64,000 nucleotides of DNA, from contig CALXVP010000002.1 of NCBI GenBank assembly GCA_944392125.1, positions 27,207-91,206 on the forward strand. The letters are read 5' to 3'. This DNA is from an uncultured Alphaproteobacteria bacterium. GTDB lineage: Bacteria; Pseudomonadota; Alphaproteobacteria; CAAHEQ01; UBA3637. Below are positions 46,734 through 56,886 of this stretch, in pieces. The translations under genes and the position numbers were made by a program. The notes beneath the pieces were generated by a model. The model worked only from the letters and a program-made list of their open reading frames with translations, did no database searches and was not told the origin of the DNA. Position 1 is the stretch's first letter. Every line of letters begins with the position of its first letter.

Positions 46734-48659
46734 TTAATCTTCATATTCCACACTCGGGAAACGCGTGTCCAGTTTGAATTGCTTAAACGCTTCTTCAAAC
46801 GGCATCACTTCTTGCTTATCCGACCCTAAACGACGAATTGTTACCGTGCCATCAGCCGCTTCTTTCTTCCCGACAACTAAAATAACCGGTATCTTCTTCA
46901 ATGAGTGTTCACGCACTTTATAACTGATTTTTTCATTGCGTAAATCCTCTTCCGCCCGAATACCGGCTACATATAACCGATGTTGGATTTGATGCGCATA
47001 CGCATTTTGCTCCTCCGTAACAGGAACAACCATCACTTGAACCGGCGCCAACCAGAACGGTAAGTGTCCGGCACAGTTTTCCAAAAAGACGCCGACAAAC
47101 CGCTCCAATGACCCGAATAATGCTCTATGCAACATAATCGGACGATGCTTTTCTCCATCTTCCCCGATGTATGAAATATCAAAGCGTTCCGGTAAATTTA
47201 AATCGGCTTGCAATGTTCCGAGTTGCCATTCGCGCCCGATTGCATCATAAAATTTAAAGTCTAGTTTCGGCCCGTAGAATGCACCGTCGCCCGGATTGAG
47301 TTCGTATGTATATCCCATATCCGTTAACGCATCTGCCAACGAATTTTCCAATAAATCCCAAATATCATCCGTTCCGATTCTCTCATCCGGACGCGTGGAG
47401 AGTTTTATCTTCATTTCCGTTAAGCCGAAATCTTTATAAATGCTTACCATTAACTTCACAACATTTTGCAATTCTTGTTTTAATTGCTCCGGTGTGCAGA
47501 AAATATGCGCATCATCTTGCGTAAACGCCCGCACCCGCAATAAGCCGTGCAACGCGCCCGAGGCTTCATACCGATGCACACGCCCGAACTCACCGATATA
47601 CCGCGGTAAATCGCGATAGCTGGTAATGCCTTGCTTGTAAATAAGAACCGAACCCGGGCAATTCATCGGCTTGATTGCAAATTCCTTCTCTTCAATCGTT
47701 GTGGTAAACATATTATCTTTATACCAATTCCAGTGCCCCGATGTTTCCCACAAGACTCTGTTCATAATTTGCGGTGTATTCACTTCCTCATACCCGACAT
47801 CTTTTTGACGCCGACGCATATATGCAATCAATGTTTGGAAGAATGTCCAACCCCGCGGATGCCAAAATACATCGCCCGGCGCATATTCCTCAAAATGGAA
47901 TAAATCCATTTCTTTGCCGAGTTTCCGATGGTCGCGCTTTTCGGCTTCTTCCAACATCGTAAAGTAGGCTTTTAAATCTTTTTCGCTGAAAAATGCCGTG
48001 CCGTAAATCCGTTGCAAAGATTCGCGATTGCTGTCTCCCCGCCAATAGGACGCGGCAACTTTCGTTAACTTAAACGCTTTTCCGAGTTTGCCCGTTGAAG
48101 TTAAATGCGGTCCGCGACATAATTCCACATAATCATCTTGCGTATATAAAGAAACTTCCTGCACATCTTCCGGCATATCGTGCAAAATTTCCAACTTATA
48201 TTTTTCGCCCCGTTCGGTAAAAATACGCTCGGCTTCCGCCCGCGAAACCACCGACCGCACAATCGGATAATCCGCATCCACAATCTTTGCCATTTCCGCT
48301 TCAATTTGCGGTATATCGGCTTCTTTTACGATAATTCCGTAAAAGTCATAGTAAAAACCGTTTTCAATCGCCGGCCCGATTGTGACTTGCGCCTCGGGAT
48401 ATAACCGCGTAACGGCATGGGCTAAAATATGGGCCGCCGTGTGGCGCAAAATGCTCAATGCTTCGGCATCTTTTTTCGTGATAATTGAAATCGTTGAGTC
48501 GGTTGTGATGGGTGTTGTCACATCTGTCAACGTATCGTTTACCCGAACTGCGACGGCATTTTTTGCCAGTCCTTCGCTGATTTTTTGTGCAATTTCCAAC
48601 CCATTAATTCCTGAATCGACATTCATCTTCGATCCATCCGGCAACTTAATTTCAATCAT
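46734..48659 (-). CDS. thrS: Threonine--tRNA ligase
   Basis: TGS domain (MIEIKLPDGS), editing-domain HTAAHILAHAV, class II core and an anticodon-binding domain; 641 aa. Confidence 0.95.
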   Translation of the reverse strand: MIEIKLPDGSKMNVDSGINGLEIAQKISEGLAKNAVAVRVNDTLTDVTTPITTDSTISIITKKDAEALSILRHTAAHILAHAVTRLYPEAQVTIGPAIENGFYYDFYGIIVKEADIPQIEAEMAKIVDADYPIVRSVVSRAEAERIFTERGEKYKLEILHDMPEDVQEVSLYTQDDYVELCRGPHLTSTGKLGKAFKLTKVAASYWRGDSNRESLQRIYGTAFFSEKDLKAYFTMLEEAEKRDHRKLGKEMDLFHFEEYAPGDVFWHPRGWTFFQTLIAYMRRRQKDVGYEEVNTPQIMNRVLWETSGHWNWYKDNMFTTTIEEKEFAIKPMNCPGSVLIYKQGITSYRDLPRYIGEFGRVHRYEASGALHGLLRVRAFTQDDAHIFCTPEQLKQELQNVVKLMVSIYKDFGLTEMKIKLSTRPDERIGTDDIWDLLENSLADALTDMGYTYELNPGDGAFYGPKLDFKFYDAIGREWQLGTLQADLNLPERFDISYIGEDGEKHRPIMLHRALFGSLERFVGVFLENCAGHLPFWLAPVQVMVVPVTEEQNAYAHQIQHRLYVAGIRAEEDLRNEKISYKVREHSLKKIPVILVVGKKEAADGTVTIRRLGSDKQEVMPFEEAFKQFKLDTRFPSVEYED

Positions 48660-48892
48660 TTTTATTTTCCTTCTTTTCTATTAAACAAATAAACCTGTTT
48701 CGGCCATGATAAACACCCGTTTCACGGCGAAACAGAGGTCATTATACGCCGTTTTCAAACACTTGTCAAAAACATTTTAAAAAAAAGAGAAAAAACACAC
48801 CGCGAAATACCGTCAAACAATCCGTATCCGCAACGCGAATCAAAAATAACATTCCCAAAAACAATCAAAACGGTTGTTGTTATCCCCAAAAT

Positions 48893-49687
48893 TCAGTATT
48901 CCGTTCTGCGTTGCCGTTTCAATAATGATTGATGAAATTTATCGCTGTTCGTATAACTTTTGGATACGGCGGGTTCTTTCTTTTGCTGTTCCTTGGCGAT
49001 TATTTTTTGTTGCTTCTTCTGATAATGTTTCCATTCGTTTTCTTTTTGACGGATGATTTCCTGTGTCCAATTTTCCGGACGGTCCTCCGGCTTTAACGGC
49101 CGTTTACGCACCGGTTGTTGCTTTTGCCGACTTTCGGCGCGCCGTTTGGCGTGATACATTGCTTTTTGCACCCGAATTTTGATTTCCTTTTGTATCCGTT
49201 CGCATTCTTGGTCCGAAAAAAATAAACTTAAATCCTTCTTTGTGAAAAATTTTTGTTGATCCGGCACGTGTAAATAGGCATCGGGGTATGCTTCTTCATC
49301 CCACTCATTGCGGATCATATTTAAATGTTCCTTATGTAAGGCAAGGTGTAAATCCTTGTGCATAACGCATAAATTTTCTTCCGCATTACTGCCACCCAAA
49401 GCCAACGGAACTAAATGGTGCACATCATACTCCTTGGGCAAAATGCCGTTTCGTTTTGCGCGCTCAACTTCTTCCGGCGTCATCACCCCGTCAAACAATC
49501 CTTTCCGTGCACATTTTTGAACAAAGGAATTTCCTTTTTCGGATGAACCGTATTTCTTCGTAAACATGCGACGAAAATAATTCGTTTCGTCTTCCGAACG
49601 ATTGAATATTTTAACAAATCGCCCCGTATATTTTCTGGTTTGCTCATAAAAATAAAGACTGCCGTTTTTTTCTTGAAAAATAATCAT
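48893..49687 (-). CDS. HNH endonuclease-domain protein with a K/E/Q-rich tail
   Basis: EYDVHHLVPLALGGSNAEENLCVMHKDLHLALH is an HNH (His-Asn-His) motif. The C-terminal approximately 110 aa are highly charged. Confidence 0.7.
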   Translation of the reverse strand: MIIFQEKNGSLYFYEQTRKYTGRFVKIFNRSEDETNYFRRMFTKKYGSSEKGNSFVQKCARKGLFDGVMTPEEVERAKRNGILPKEYDVHHLVPLALGGSNAEENLCVMHKDLHLALHKEHLNMIRNEWDEEAYPDAYLHVPDQQKFFTKKDLSLFFSDQECERIQKEIKIRVQKAMYHAKRRAESRQKQQPVRKRPLKPEDRPENWTQEIIRQKENEWKHYQKKQQKIIAKEQQKKEPAVSKSYTNSDKFHQSLLKRQRRTEY

Positions 49688-49743
49688 CCCGACCTCACAT
49701 CAATCGTTGAATCAGGATACCACATTTTGAGCCAAAAAACAAC

Positions 49744-49941
49744 TTATTTAAGCACTTTTTCAATATCGTTTTCTTCTATTTTCGTTATCTCGTTGTGATA
49801 ATGTGTTACCACTTTATCCAACTTATGAAAAAATCCCGATTCATACACTTTAACAACGCCCGCAATCGCTGTCCACGAAACAATAATCGTAAAAAAAGCC
49901 GCCAACATATCCAAAATATCTTTTAACAATTTCATTTTCAT
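49744..49941 (-). CDS. Small single-TM protein (about 65 aa), hypothetical
   Basis: Starts at the internal ATG preceded by AAGAGGGG. Sequence MKMKLLKDILDMLAAFFTIIVSWTAIAGVV... contains one TM helix. Confidence 0.35.
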   Translation of the reverse strand: MKMKLLKDILDMLAAFFTIIVSWTAIAGVVKVYESGFFHKLDKVVTHYHNEITKIEENDIEKVLK

Positions 49942-50093
49942 CTGCACCCCTCTTTCTGTATTAAGAAAAATGAGGTGTGTATTTATATTTATCAAGAACC
50001 GACTTTTGGTCATTTTACCCGATTATTATTGATATTGGATCACTTTCTTGCGCCGGAATTTTTTTCTTCTGCCATTTGACATTTCAGATATAT

Positions 50094-50126
50094 AAAAAAA
50101 CCCGATGAACATCATCGGGTTTTCTT
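50094..50126. terminator. Intrinsic terminator downstream of gatB
   Basis: Perfect 8-bp stem CCCGATGA-aca-TCATCGGG, flanked by AAAAAAA and TTTTCTTT. On the minus strand the stem is followed by TTTTTTT. Confidence 0.75.
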
Positions 50127-50158
50127 TGTATCTTACCCCAAAGCAGGATAATATTTTT

Positions 50159-51613
50159 TTATTCAGCCAACTTCTTATCTAACAGTTGGTTGGCCAACGC
50201 CGGATTGACTTTGCCTTGCGAAGCTTTCATAATTTGCCCCACAAACCAGCCTTTCAGTTTCTCTTTACCGGCTTTAATTTCCGCAACCTTATCCGGATTT
50301 TGAGCCAAAATATCGGCAATCAACGCTTCAATCGCGCCTGTATCCGATACTTGCTTCAATCCTTTTTCTTCAATAATCACATCCGGTGCTTTGCCCGTTT
50401 CAATCATTAATTCAAACACTTCTTTTGCAATTTTGCCGGAAATTGTGCCGTCGCCGATGAAGCCGACCAAAGCCCCCAGATTTTCGGCCGAAATCGGACT
50501 TTCCGTAATCGTGAGATTTGCTTTGTTCAAATAGCCGAACAAATCACCCATAATCCAGTTGGCCACTTTCTTGGCATCGTGCCCTTGAATGGCGGTTTCA
50601 AAATAGTGCGCCGTTTCCGTATCAACCGTTAAAACGGACGCATCATAAGGCGTTAATCCCAATGTTTCAATATACCGTTTTTTCTTGGCTTCCGGTAATT
50701 CCGGTAAGTTCCGACGGATATTTTCAATATATTCATCCGTTAAAATAACGGGCAATAAATCCGGATCCGGGAAATAGCGATAATCGTTTGCATTTTCTTT
50801 GGACCGCATTAACCGCGTTTCCAAATTAACCGAGTCAAACAATCTGGTTTCTTGATCAATCATACCGCCCGATTCATAAATTTCAATTTGTCTGTTCGCT
50901 TCAATTTCAATCGCCTGCATCACAAATCGAACCGAGTTCACGTTTTTCACTTCCACCCGATTGCGCAACGCCGTCTCTCCAACCTTGCGCACCGAGACAT
51001 TCACATCGCACCGCATGGAACCTTCATCCATATTCCCGTCGCACGTGCCGAGTGCCCGCACGATGGCGCGCAGTTGACGCAAATACTCGCCCGCTTCCGC
51101 CGGTGAATGCATGTCAGGCTTGGAAACAATTTCCATTAACCCCACACCGCACCGATTTAAGTCAATAAAAGAACTGTGCGGACTCATATCGTGAATGGAT
51201 TTGCCGGCATCTTGTTCCAAATGCAACCGCTCCACGCCGATTTTGCGTGTGCCGTCATCCGTTGTTACCTCAATATACCCTTCTCCCACAATCGGGTGAT
51301 ATAATTGACTAATCTGATACCCTTGCGGTAAATCGGCGTAAAAATAATTTTTACGGTCAAAACGCGAATACTTGTTAATTTTAGCATTCAACCCTAATCC
51401 CGTTTTAACGCATTGTTCAATACATTTTTCGTTCACAACCGGCAACATGCCCGGAAATGCCGCATCCACAAATGAAACGTGTGTATTTTGCTCGGCACCG
51501 AATGTCGCCGAAGACGGTGAAAAAACCTTTGATTGTGAAATAATCTGACAGTGAACCTCTAATCCGATAACCAATTCCCAGTCGGCTGTTTTTCCTTTAA
51601 TTGTATACGTCAT
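50159..51613 (-). CDS. gatB: Asp/Glu-tRNA(Asn/Gln) amidotransferase subunit B
   Basis: [12 protein letters not shown] and ...DQDAGKSIH-like [11 protein letters not shown], with a YqeY-like C-terminal domain. Confidence 0.95.
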   Translation of the reverse strand: MTYTIKGKTADWELVIGLEVHCQIISQSKVFSPSSATFGAEQNTHVSFVDAAFPGMLPVVNEKCIEQCVKTGLGLNAKINKYSRFDRKNYFYADLPQGYQISQLYHPIVGEGYIEVTTDDGTRKIGVERLHLEQDAGKSIHDMSPHSSFIDLNRCGVGLMEIVSKPDMHSPAEAGEYLRQLRAIVRALGTCDGNMDEGSMRCDVNVSVRKVGETALRNRVEVKNVNSVRFVMQAIEIEANRQIEIYESGGMIDQETRLFDSVNLETRLMRSKENANDYRYFPDPDLLPVILTDEYIENIRRNLPELPEAKKKRYIETLGLTPYDASVLTVDTETAHYFETAIQGHDAKKVANWIMGDLFGYLNKANLTITESPISAENLGALVGFIGDGTISGKIAKEVFELMIETGKAPDVIIEEKGLKQVSDTGAIEALIADILAQNPDKVAEIKAGKEKLKGWFVGQIMKASQGKVNPALANQLLDKKLAE

Positions 51614-51616
51614 AAC

Positions 51617-53101
51617 TTATCCTTTCACATAGTGAGGCTTTTTATCAAATTCAGCAGCCGTTTCAAGCGCTTGCGCCACTTGGAACACCGTGTTTTCATC
51701 AAAGTGTTTACCGATAACCTGCAACCCGACGGGCAACCCGTTTTCCGCTAATCCGACCGGCAAGGCAAGTGACGGCACACCCGCCAGCGAACTCGGTGTT
51801 GTAAACACATCGCCCAAATACGTATCAACGGGGCTCATATTTTTCATGGCTTCGTAAGAAAGAGCTGTTGTCGGCGCTGCGGGAGCCAAAATGGCATCTA
51901 CCGATTTGAATGCTTCCACAAAATCATTGTAAATTAACCGACGCACTTTTTGTGCCCGCGTGTAGTAAGCATCATAGAAGCCGGCCGACAAAACAAATGT
52001 GCCGAGCAAAATCCGACGGATTACTTCGGGACCGAAACCGTCTGTCCGCGTATTTTCATACATCTCGTCCAGCGTTTTCCCGTCAACACGTGTGGTATAG
52101 CGCACCCCGTCATACCGCGACAAGTTGGAAGAGGCCTCCGCACACGCCACAATATAGTAAACGGGCAACGCATATTTTGTATACGGCATGGAAATTTCAA
52201 TGATTTCCGCACCGGCATCTTTTAAATACGCAATTCCTTTATCCCAAACGGCAGCCACTTGCGGATTGAGATCTTTGGAACGATATTCGCGCGGAATACC
52301 GATTTTCTTGCCTTTAATATCCCCTGTCAGCGCTTGCGTATAATCGGGGACGGGCAAATCGGCAACCGTTGAATCCTTGGCATCAAATCCCGCCATTTCA
52401 CGCAATAACAACGCGCAATCTTTCACCGAACGCGCCATCGGACCGGCCTGGTCCAATGAAGAGGCAAACGCCACAATACCGTATCGTGAGCAACGTCCGT
52501 ATGTCGGCTTAATTCCCGTAATACCGCAAAATGAGGCCGGTTGACGAATGGAACCGCCCGTATCGGAACCGGTTGCGCCCATGCACAAGCCGGCAGCCAC
52601 TGCGGCCGCCGAACCGCCCGACGAACCGCCCGGCACCAAATTATAAACGCCTGTTTCATCGGCCCACGGGTTTTTCGTTACGCCGAAATAACTTGTCATG
52701 GTTGACCCGCCCATGGCGAATTGGTCGGTATTCACTTTTCCCAACATCACCGTGCCGGCGTCTTTCAGTTGTTGCGTAACGGTTGATTCATACGGCGGAA
52801 CAAAATGTGATAAAATTTTAGAAGCTGCCGTTGTGCGCACGCCTTTTGTGCAATATAAATCTTTATTGGCAATCGGAATACCCTCTAACCGGCCGATTGT
52901 TGCCCCGGAAGCCCGTTTTTTATCTGATTCTTCCGCTGTTTTTAAGGCCAGTTCGGGTGTTTCGGTAATATACGTATTTAAAAAACGCGCCCGCTCCATT
53001 TCAGCCAAATGCGCTTTGGTTAATTCAACCGACGAGATTTCTTTTTTATTTAATAAATCCAATGCGTCGGAAATTGTTAAATCCGTTAATTTTGAAACCA
53101 T
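51617..53101 (-). CDS. gatA: Glu-tRNA(Gln) amidotransferase subunit A
   Basis: Amidase signature [14 protein letters not shown]...[12 protein letters not shown]. Confidence 0.95.
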   Translation of the reverse strand: MVSKLTDLTISDALDLLNKKEISSVELTKAHLAEMERARFLNTYITETPELALKTAEESDKKRASGATIGRLEGIPIANKDLYCTKGVRTTAASKILSHFVPPYESTVTQQLKDAGTVMLGKVNTDQFAMGGSTMTSYFGVTKNPWADETGVYNLVPGGSSGGSAAAVAAGLCMGATGSDTGGSIRQPASFCGITGIKPTYGRCSRYGIVAFASSLDQAGPMARSVKDCALLLREMAGFDAKDSTVADLPVPDYTQALTGDIKGKKIGIPREYRSKDLNPQVAAVWDKGIAYLKDAGAEIIEISMPYTKYALPVYYIVACAEASSNLSRYDGVRYTTRVDGKTLDEMYENTRTDGFGPEVIRRILLGTFVLSAGFYDAYYTRAQKVRRLIYNDFVEAFKSVDAILAPAAPTTALSYEAMKNMSPVDTYLGDVFTTPSSLAGVPSLALPVGLAENGLPVGLQVIGKHFDENTVFQVAQALETAAEFDKKPHYVKG

Positions 53102-53112
53102 GTTTAACTCCT

Positions 53113-53400
53113 TTATTCCACCATTTTGGGAACAACATAAAATCCGTGTGCCGATTCAGGGGCATTTGCCATCAATTCGGCCTGTAATCCGCCAACCGTT
53201 ACCACATCTTCTCGGATAGCGCTCTCGCGCGGTGAAACGGAGACCAACGGTTCAACTTGTGAAACGTCCACTTCCTTTAATTCTTCAACCCAATCCAGAA
53301 TACCGTTAATATCCTGCATAAACTTGGCTTCCTGTTCTTCGGGAAACCGTAACCGCGCCAAATGCGCAATATTCTTAATTGTTTTTTCGTTAAAACTCAT
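53113..53400 (-). CDS. gatC: Asp/Glu-tRNA(Asn/Gln) amidotransferase subunit C
   Basis: 95 aa; [12 protein letters not shown]...[12 protein letters not shown]; first gene of gatCAB. Confidence 0.9.
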   Translation of the reverse strand: MSFNEKTIKNIAHLARLRFPEEQEAKFMQDINGILDWVEELKEVDVSQVEPLVSVSPRESAIREDVVTVGGLQAELMANAPESAHGFYVVPKMVE

Positions 53401-53768
53401 CGCATTTCTCTTTAAATTAAAAAAATAGGCAGGAAAACACCTTCTGTTTTCCTTTTGAACTCGTTTTAAAGACTGCCTTTTTTTTCCTTGAAAGTCAAGT
53501 AAAATTTTTTATTGTCCCGACTTGTATTTGTCCGTAGCGGTAGAGTGTGTTATGTATTCACAACAAAGACCCGATTGTTTTTGCGGATCTCTCGCCCAAA
53601 AGCAAGTGCCGGTCGAGGACGAATGACAGACTGCCGATTGCGAAAACGAAAGCAAAAGAGTGAGTATATTTTCATAAAAAGAGATGTTTCAAGGAAGGGA
53701 ATAATGCAGGGAATAACAGCTTTTTTCAAAAAAAATCAAATAAGTTATCAAATAATGAAAAAAAGTGC

Positions 53769-53797
53769 TTGACAAGCGATTTTTTTTCAAGCATAAT
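53769..53797 (+). promoter_or_regulatory. Sigma70-type promoter for the tRNA-Tyr/tRNA-Gly/tuf unit
   Basis: TTGACA (53769-53774), a 17-nt spacer, then CATAAT (53792-53797), about 40 nt upstream of tRNA-Tyr. Confidence 0.6.
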
Positions 53798-53838
53798 GGG
53801 GCTCTCTTGTAAACAGTAGCAAGAGTGTCTGTTGGGCC

Positions 53839-53924
53839 GGAAGGGTGGCCGAGTGGTTAATGGCAGCAGACTGTAAATCTGCCGACTTATGTCTACGAAA
53901 GTTCGAATCTTTCCCCTTCCACCA
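53839..53924 (+). tRNA. tRNA-Tyr (anticodon GTA)
   Basis: GGAAGGGTGGCCGAGTGG...CAGACTGTAAATCTG...long variable arm...GTTCGAATCTTTCCCCTTCCACCA. Acceptor stem GGAAGGG/CCCTTCC. Confidence 0.9.
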
Positions 53925-53940
53925 TAAGACCCGATTATAA

Positions 53941-54014
<74 letters not shown>

Positions 54015-54073
54015 ATTCAGGGAATCCCGCAAGGGATTCATTTTTTAACACTGATCAGTTAAGGAATAAAATA

Positions 54074-55264
54074 ATGAGTAAAGAAAAATTTGAGAGAACA
54101 AAACCGCACTGCAACATCGGTACGATTGGCCACGTTGACCACGGTAAAACAACATTAACGGCTGCTATTACAAAAGTATTGGCAGAACAAGGCGGTGCTT
54201 CATTCGTTGACTATGCAAACATTGATAAAGCTCCGGAAGAACGCGCTCGCGGTATCACCATTTCAACATCACACGTTGAATACGAAACGGCAAAACGCCA
54301 CTATGCGCACGTTGACTGCCCGGGCCACGCCGACTACGTGAAAAACATGATTACGGGTGCTGCACAAATGGATGGTGCTATCTTGGTTGTTTCAGCTGCT
54401 GACGGTCCGATGCCTCAAACACGTGAACACATTTTGTTGGCTCGTCAAGTCGGTGTTCCGGCGATTGTTGTTTTCATGAACAAAGTTGATATGGTTGACG
54501 ATGAAGAATTGTTAGACCTCGTTGAAATGGAAGTTCGTGAATTATTATCTTCATATCAATTCCCGGGCGATGAAATTCCGATCATCCGCGGATCTGCAAA
54601 AGTTGCTTTGGAAGACGGCGATCCGAAAATCGGTAAAGAAGCTATTTTGAAGTTGATGGAAGCTGTTGATGATTACATTCCGCAACCGGAACGTCCGAAA
54701 GACAAACCGTTCTTGATGCCGATTGAAGACGTATTCTCAATTTCAGGTCGTGGTACGGTTGTGACGGGTCGTGTGGAACGCGGCGTATTGAAAGTCGGTG
54801 AAGAAGTTGAAATCGTTGGTTTACGTCCGACACAAAAAACAACATGCACGGGTATTGAAATGTTCCGCAAATTGTTGGATCAAGGTGAAGCCGGCGATAA
54901 CATCGGTGTCTTGCTCCGCGGTACGAAACGTGACGAAGTTGAACGTGGTCAAGTATTGGCTGCTCCGGGCACGATTACACCGCACACAGACTTTGAATCA
55001 GAAGTTTATGTATTGAGCAAAGAAGAAGGTGGACGTCATACACCGTTCTTTGCGAACTATCGTCCGCAATTCTACTTCCGCACAACAGACGTGACGGGAA
55101 CAATTGAATTGCCGGAAGGCGTTGAAATGGTTATGCCGGGCGACAACGTGAAATTAAAAGTATCGTTGATTGTGCCGGTTGCTATGGATGAAGGTTTGCG
55201 TTTTGCTATCCGTGAAGGCGGACACACAGTCGGCGCAGGCGTTGTATCCAAGATTACAAAATAA
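54074..55264 (+). CDS. tuf: Elongation factor Tu
   Basis: [28 protein letters not shown]...DCPGHADY...NKVD. The track ORF's N-terminal extension (from 53987) overlaps tRNA-Gly and was trimmed. Confidence 0.97.
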   Translation: MSKEKFERTKPHCNIGTIGHVDHGKTTLTAAITKVLAEQGGASFVDYANIDKAPEERARGITISTSHVEYETAKRHYAHVDCPGHADYVKNMITGAAQMDGAILVVSAADGPMPQTREHILLARQVGVPAIVVFMNKVDMVDDEELLDLVEMEVRELLSSYQFPGDEIPIIRGSAKVALEDGDPKIGKEAILKLMEAVDDYIPQPERPKDKPFLMPIEDVFSISGRGTVVTGRVERGVLKVGEEVEIVGLRPTQKTTCTGIEMFRKLLDQGEAGDNIGVLLRGTKRDEVERGQVLAAPGTITPHTDFESEVYVLSKEEGGRHTPFFANYRPQFYFRTTDVTGTIELPEGVEMVMPGDNVKLKVSLIVPVAMDEGLRFAIREGGHTVGAGVVSKITK

Positions 55265-55286
55265 TCAACGTTCGGTTAGAACAAAA

Positions 55287-55317
55287 ATCCCTCGCTTTCG
55301 GCGGGGGATTTTTTTAT
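55287..55317 (+). terminator. Intrinsic terminator of tuf
   Basis: 9-bp stem ATCCCTCGC/GCGGGGGAT (one G-U pair), loop TTTCG, followed by TTTTTTT. Confidence 0.75.
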
Positions 55318-55593
55318 CTAAAAAAATGTTGATGCAGAAAAAACAGCTATCTTCGGATTAAAAATTTTTTAAGCGGAGAAAAGGTATAAAATTTTTGAAA
55401 TATCATGAGATAGAGCGTGTATAAAAAATCAACGTAAACGGCCATTTAAGAAGCCTACAAGCAAAGAAAATTGCTACACGTTCGCTAATGGGTAGAAGAT
55501 ATAAAAGGAACGTATAGCAAAAAAATCCGTTGCAAGCAAGTGGTGTTTTTTGTAGCCAACATAAAAAATCTTTTGTTGATACTCTGGTAAAAA

Positions 55594-55626
55594 AAATTCG
55601 GATTGCTTTCACAACCCGAATTTTTT
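55594..55626. terminator. Intrinsic terminator downstream of the SBP gene
   Basis: AAATTCGG-attgctttcacaac-CCGAATTT with A and T runs on either side. On the minus strand the stem is followed by a T-run. Confidence 0.55.
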
Positions 55627-55631
55627 ACGAA

Positions 55632-56885
55632 TTAAAGATTCTTAATGCGCTCTGCCGGCGTTAAGGGACGATTGGGCTTTTCCTCCGTGTTGCTATTTGT
55701 CTCTGATTGCTGTTGAATACTTTCATCCTTATCTGTTGTTTTCTGATTGTCGGTATTCACAGTCGGAGATTGATTATCCTTTTTAACGGTATCTGCATCG
55801 TTTGCTTCTTCAGTTTCCTTCTCCAATTCATCAAATGTAACGCGCTCCTCTGTCTCAATTAAATCATCCTCATCTGAAACCGTGGGTGTGCTTAACTCGG
55901 GATGTAGCGCCTTTTCTTTTTCCGCTTGCATTTCCTCAATTAAAGAGGGTTTATCTTTAAAGCGTTGCCCCCAATCATCAATATATCCGATTAACACATC
56001 CATATACGCTTTTTTATCTGCCGTTACTTTCTTTAACTCCTCTGCCAACTTTGTTTTCCATAAACGGCAATCCGTATGCGATGAAAATACAAAAAATAAT
56101 TCCGGCGAAACGAGCGATTTCGGTGAAAAATAAATCTCGTCAACCAATTTATAGCGTCTGACTTCCGACTCACCGGCATACAAGCTGGTAATCATATAAT
56201 CTGCTTCGCCCGATAATAATTTTTTAAAGGCATTCTTTGAACCGCTGACTTGCTCTATCTTTACATCTTTCGGTAACTGTTGATATATCAATGAGTAAAT
56301 CATTTCTTCTTGCCGAACAACCCCTTTTAAGCCTTTTAAATCATTCCACGAATTTACTTCTCGTTCTTTTCCTTTCACAAAAATAGGAATAATCGGGTTC
56401 GTAAAATACCCGGGGAACATTAAATTGACTCCCGTGCCCAAAACACGTTTGTCATAATAAGCCCCTACAATGACATCAACCCGACCGCGCCGTAAATCAC
56501 GCATAGCGTCTTGATAAGAAGAATAACCCACATTTGAAATTCGTAAATTTAAATTTTTGGCAAGTTGAGTAAATAAATCATACGCAAAACCGGCATTGAT
56601 ATATTGCGTTTGCTTTAAACCTGACCCAGGAATTACATTCACCCAACCAAACGGCGGATTCGTTACAAATCCCGCCACACGCATAACATCTGTTCTCCCG
56701 CATTTAATATCTGATTTAATTCTTTTTTTCTTTTTGCTTTTTGATTGTTCTTCTTCCAATACCAATTCTTTTTGTTGGGCTTCAAAACGATTTTCCGTTT
56801 TGTTTTTTTCTTTTGCCGCTTCTGCCAAATTGATATGAAACACAAAAAAACTCATACAAATAATCGTTAAAATAACTCTTTTCAT
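55632..56885 (-). CDS. Periplasmic substrate-binding protein (family 3, amino-acid-type) with an acidic C-terminal extension
   Basis: Signal peptide MKRVILTIICMSFFVFHINLAEA, an SBP_bac_3-like core (VAGFVTNPPFGW...), and about 100 aa of D/E/T/N-rich tail. The ATG lies 1 nt after the kinase stop. Confidence 0.65.
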   Translation of the reverse strand: MKRVILTIICMSFFVFHINLAEAAKEKNKTENRFEAQQKELVLEEEQSKSKKKKRIKSDIKCGRTDVMRVAGFVTNPPFGWVNVIPGSGLKQTQYINAGFAYDLFTQLAKNLNLRISNVGYSSYQDAMRDLRRGRVDVIVGAYYDKRVLGTGVNLMFPGYFTNPIIPIFVKGKEREVNSWNDLKGLKGVVRQEEMIYSLIYQQLPKDVKIEQVSGSKNAFKKLLSGEADYMITSLYAGESEVRRYKLVDEIYFSPKSLVSPELFFVFSSHTDCRLWKTKLAEELKKVTADKKAYMDVLIGYIDDWGQRFKDKPSLIEEMQAEKEKALHPELSTPTVSDEDDLIETEERVTFDELEKETEEANDADTVKKDNQSPTVNTDNQKTTDKDESIQQQSETNSNTEEKPNRPLTPAERIKNL

Positions 56886-56886
56886 C

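Noticed and set aside
52698-53219. A 173-aa plus-strand ORF antisense to gatA and gatC.
   Set aside because: It overlaps two unambiguous housekeeping genes. Shadow ORFs like this are common opposite well-conserved genes.
53401-53700. A T-box riboswitch, SRP RNA, tmRNA or RNase P RNA in the gatC / tRNA-Tyr intergenic region.
   Set aside because: I could not find the T-box consensus, the SRP GGAAGCAGCC-type motif, a tRNA-like TPsiC arm, or the RNase P conserved GAGGAAAGTCC. Only a generic leader or sRNA hypothesis is retained.
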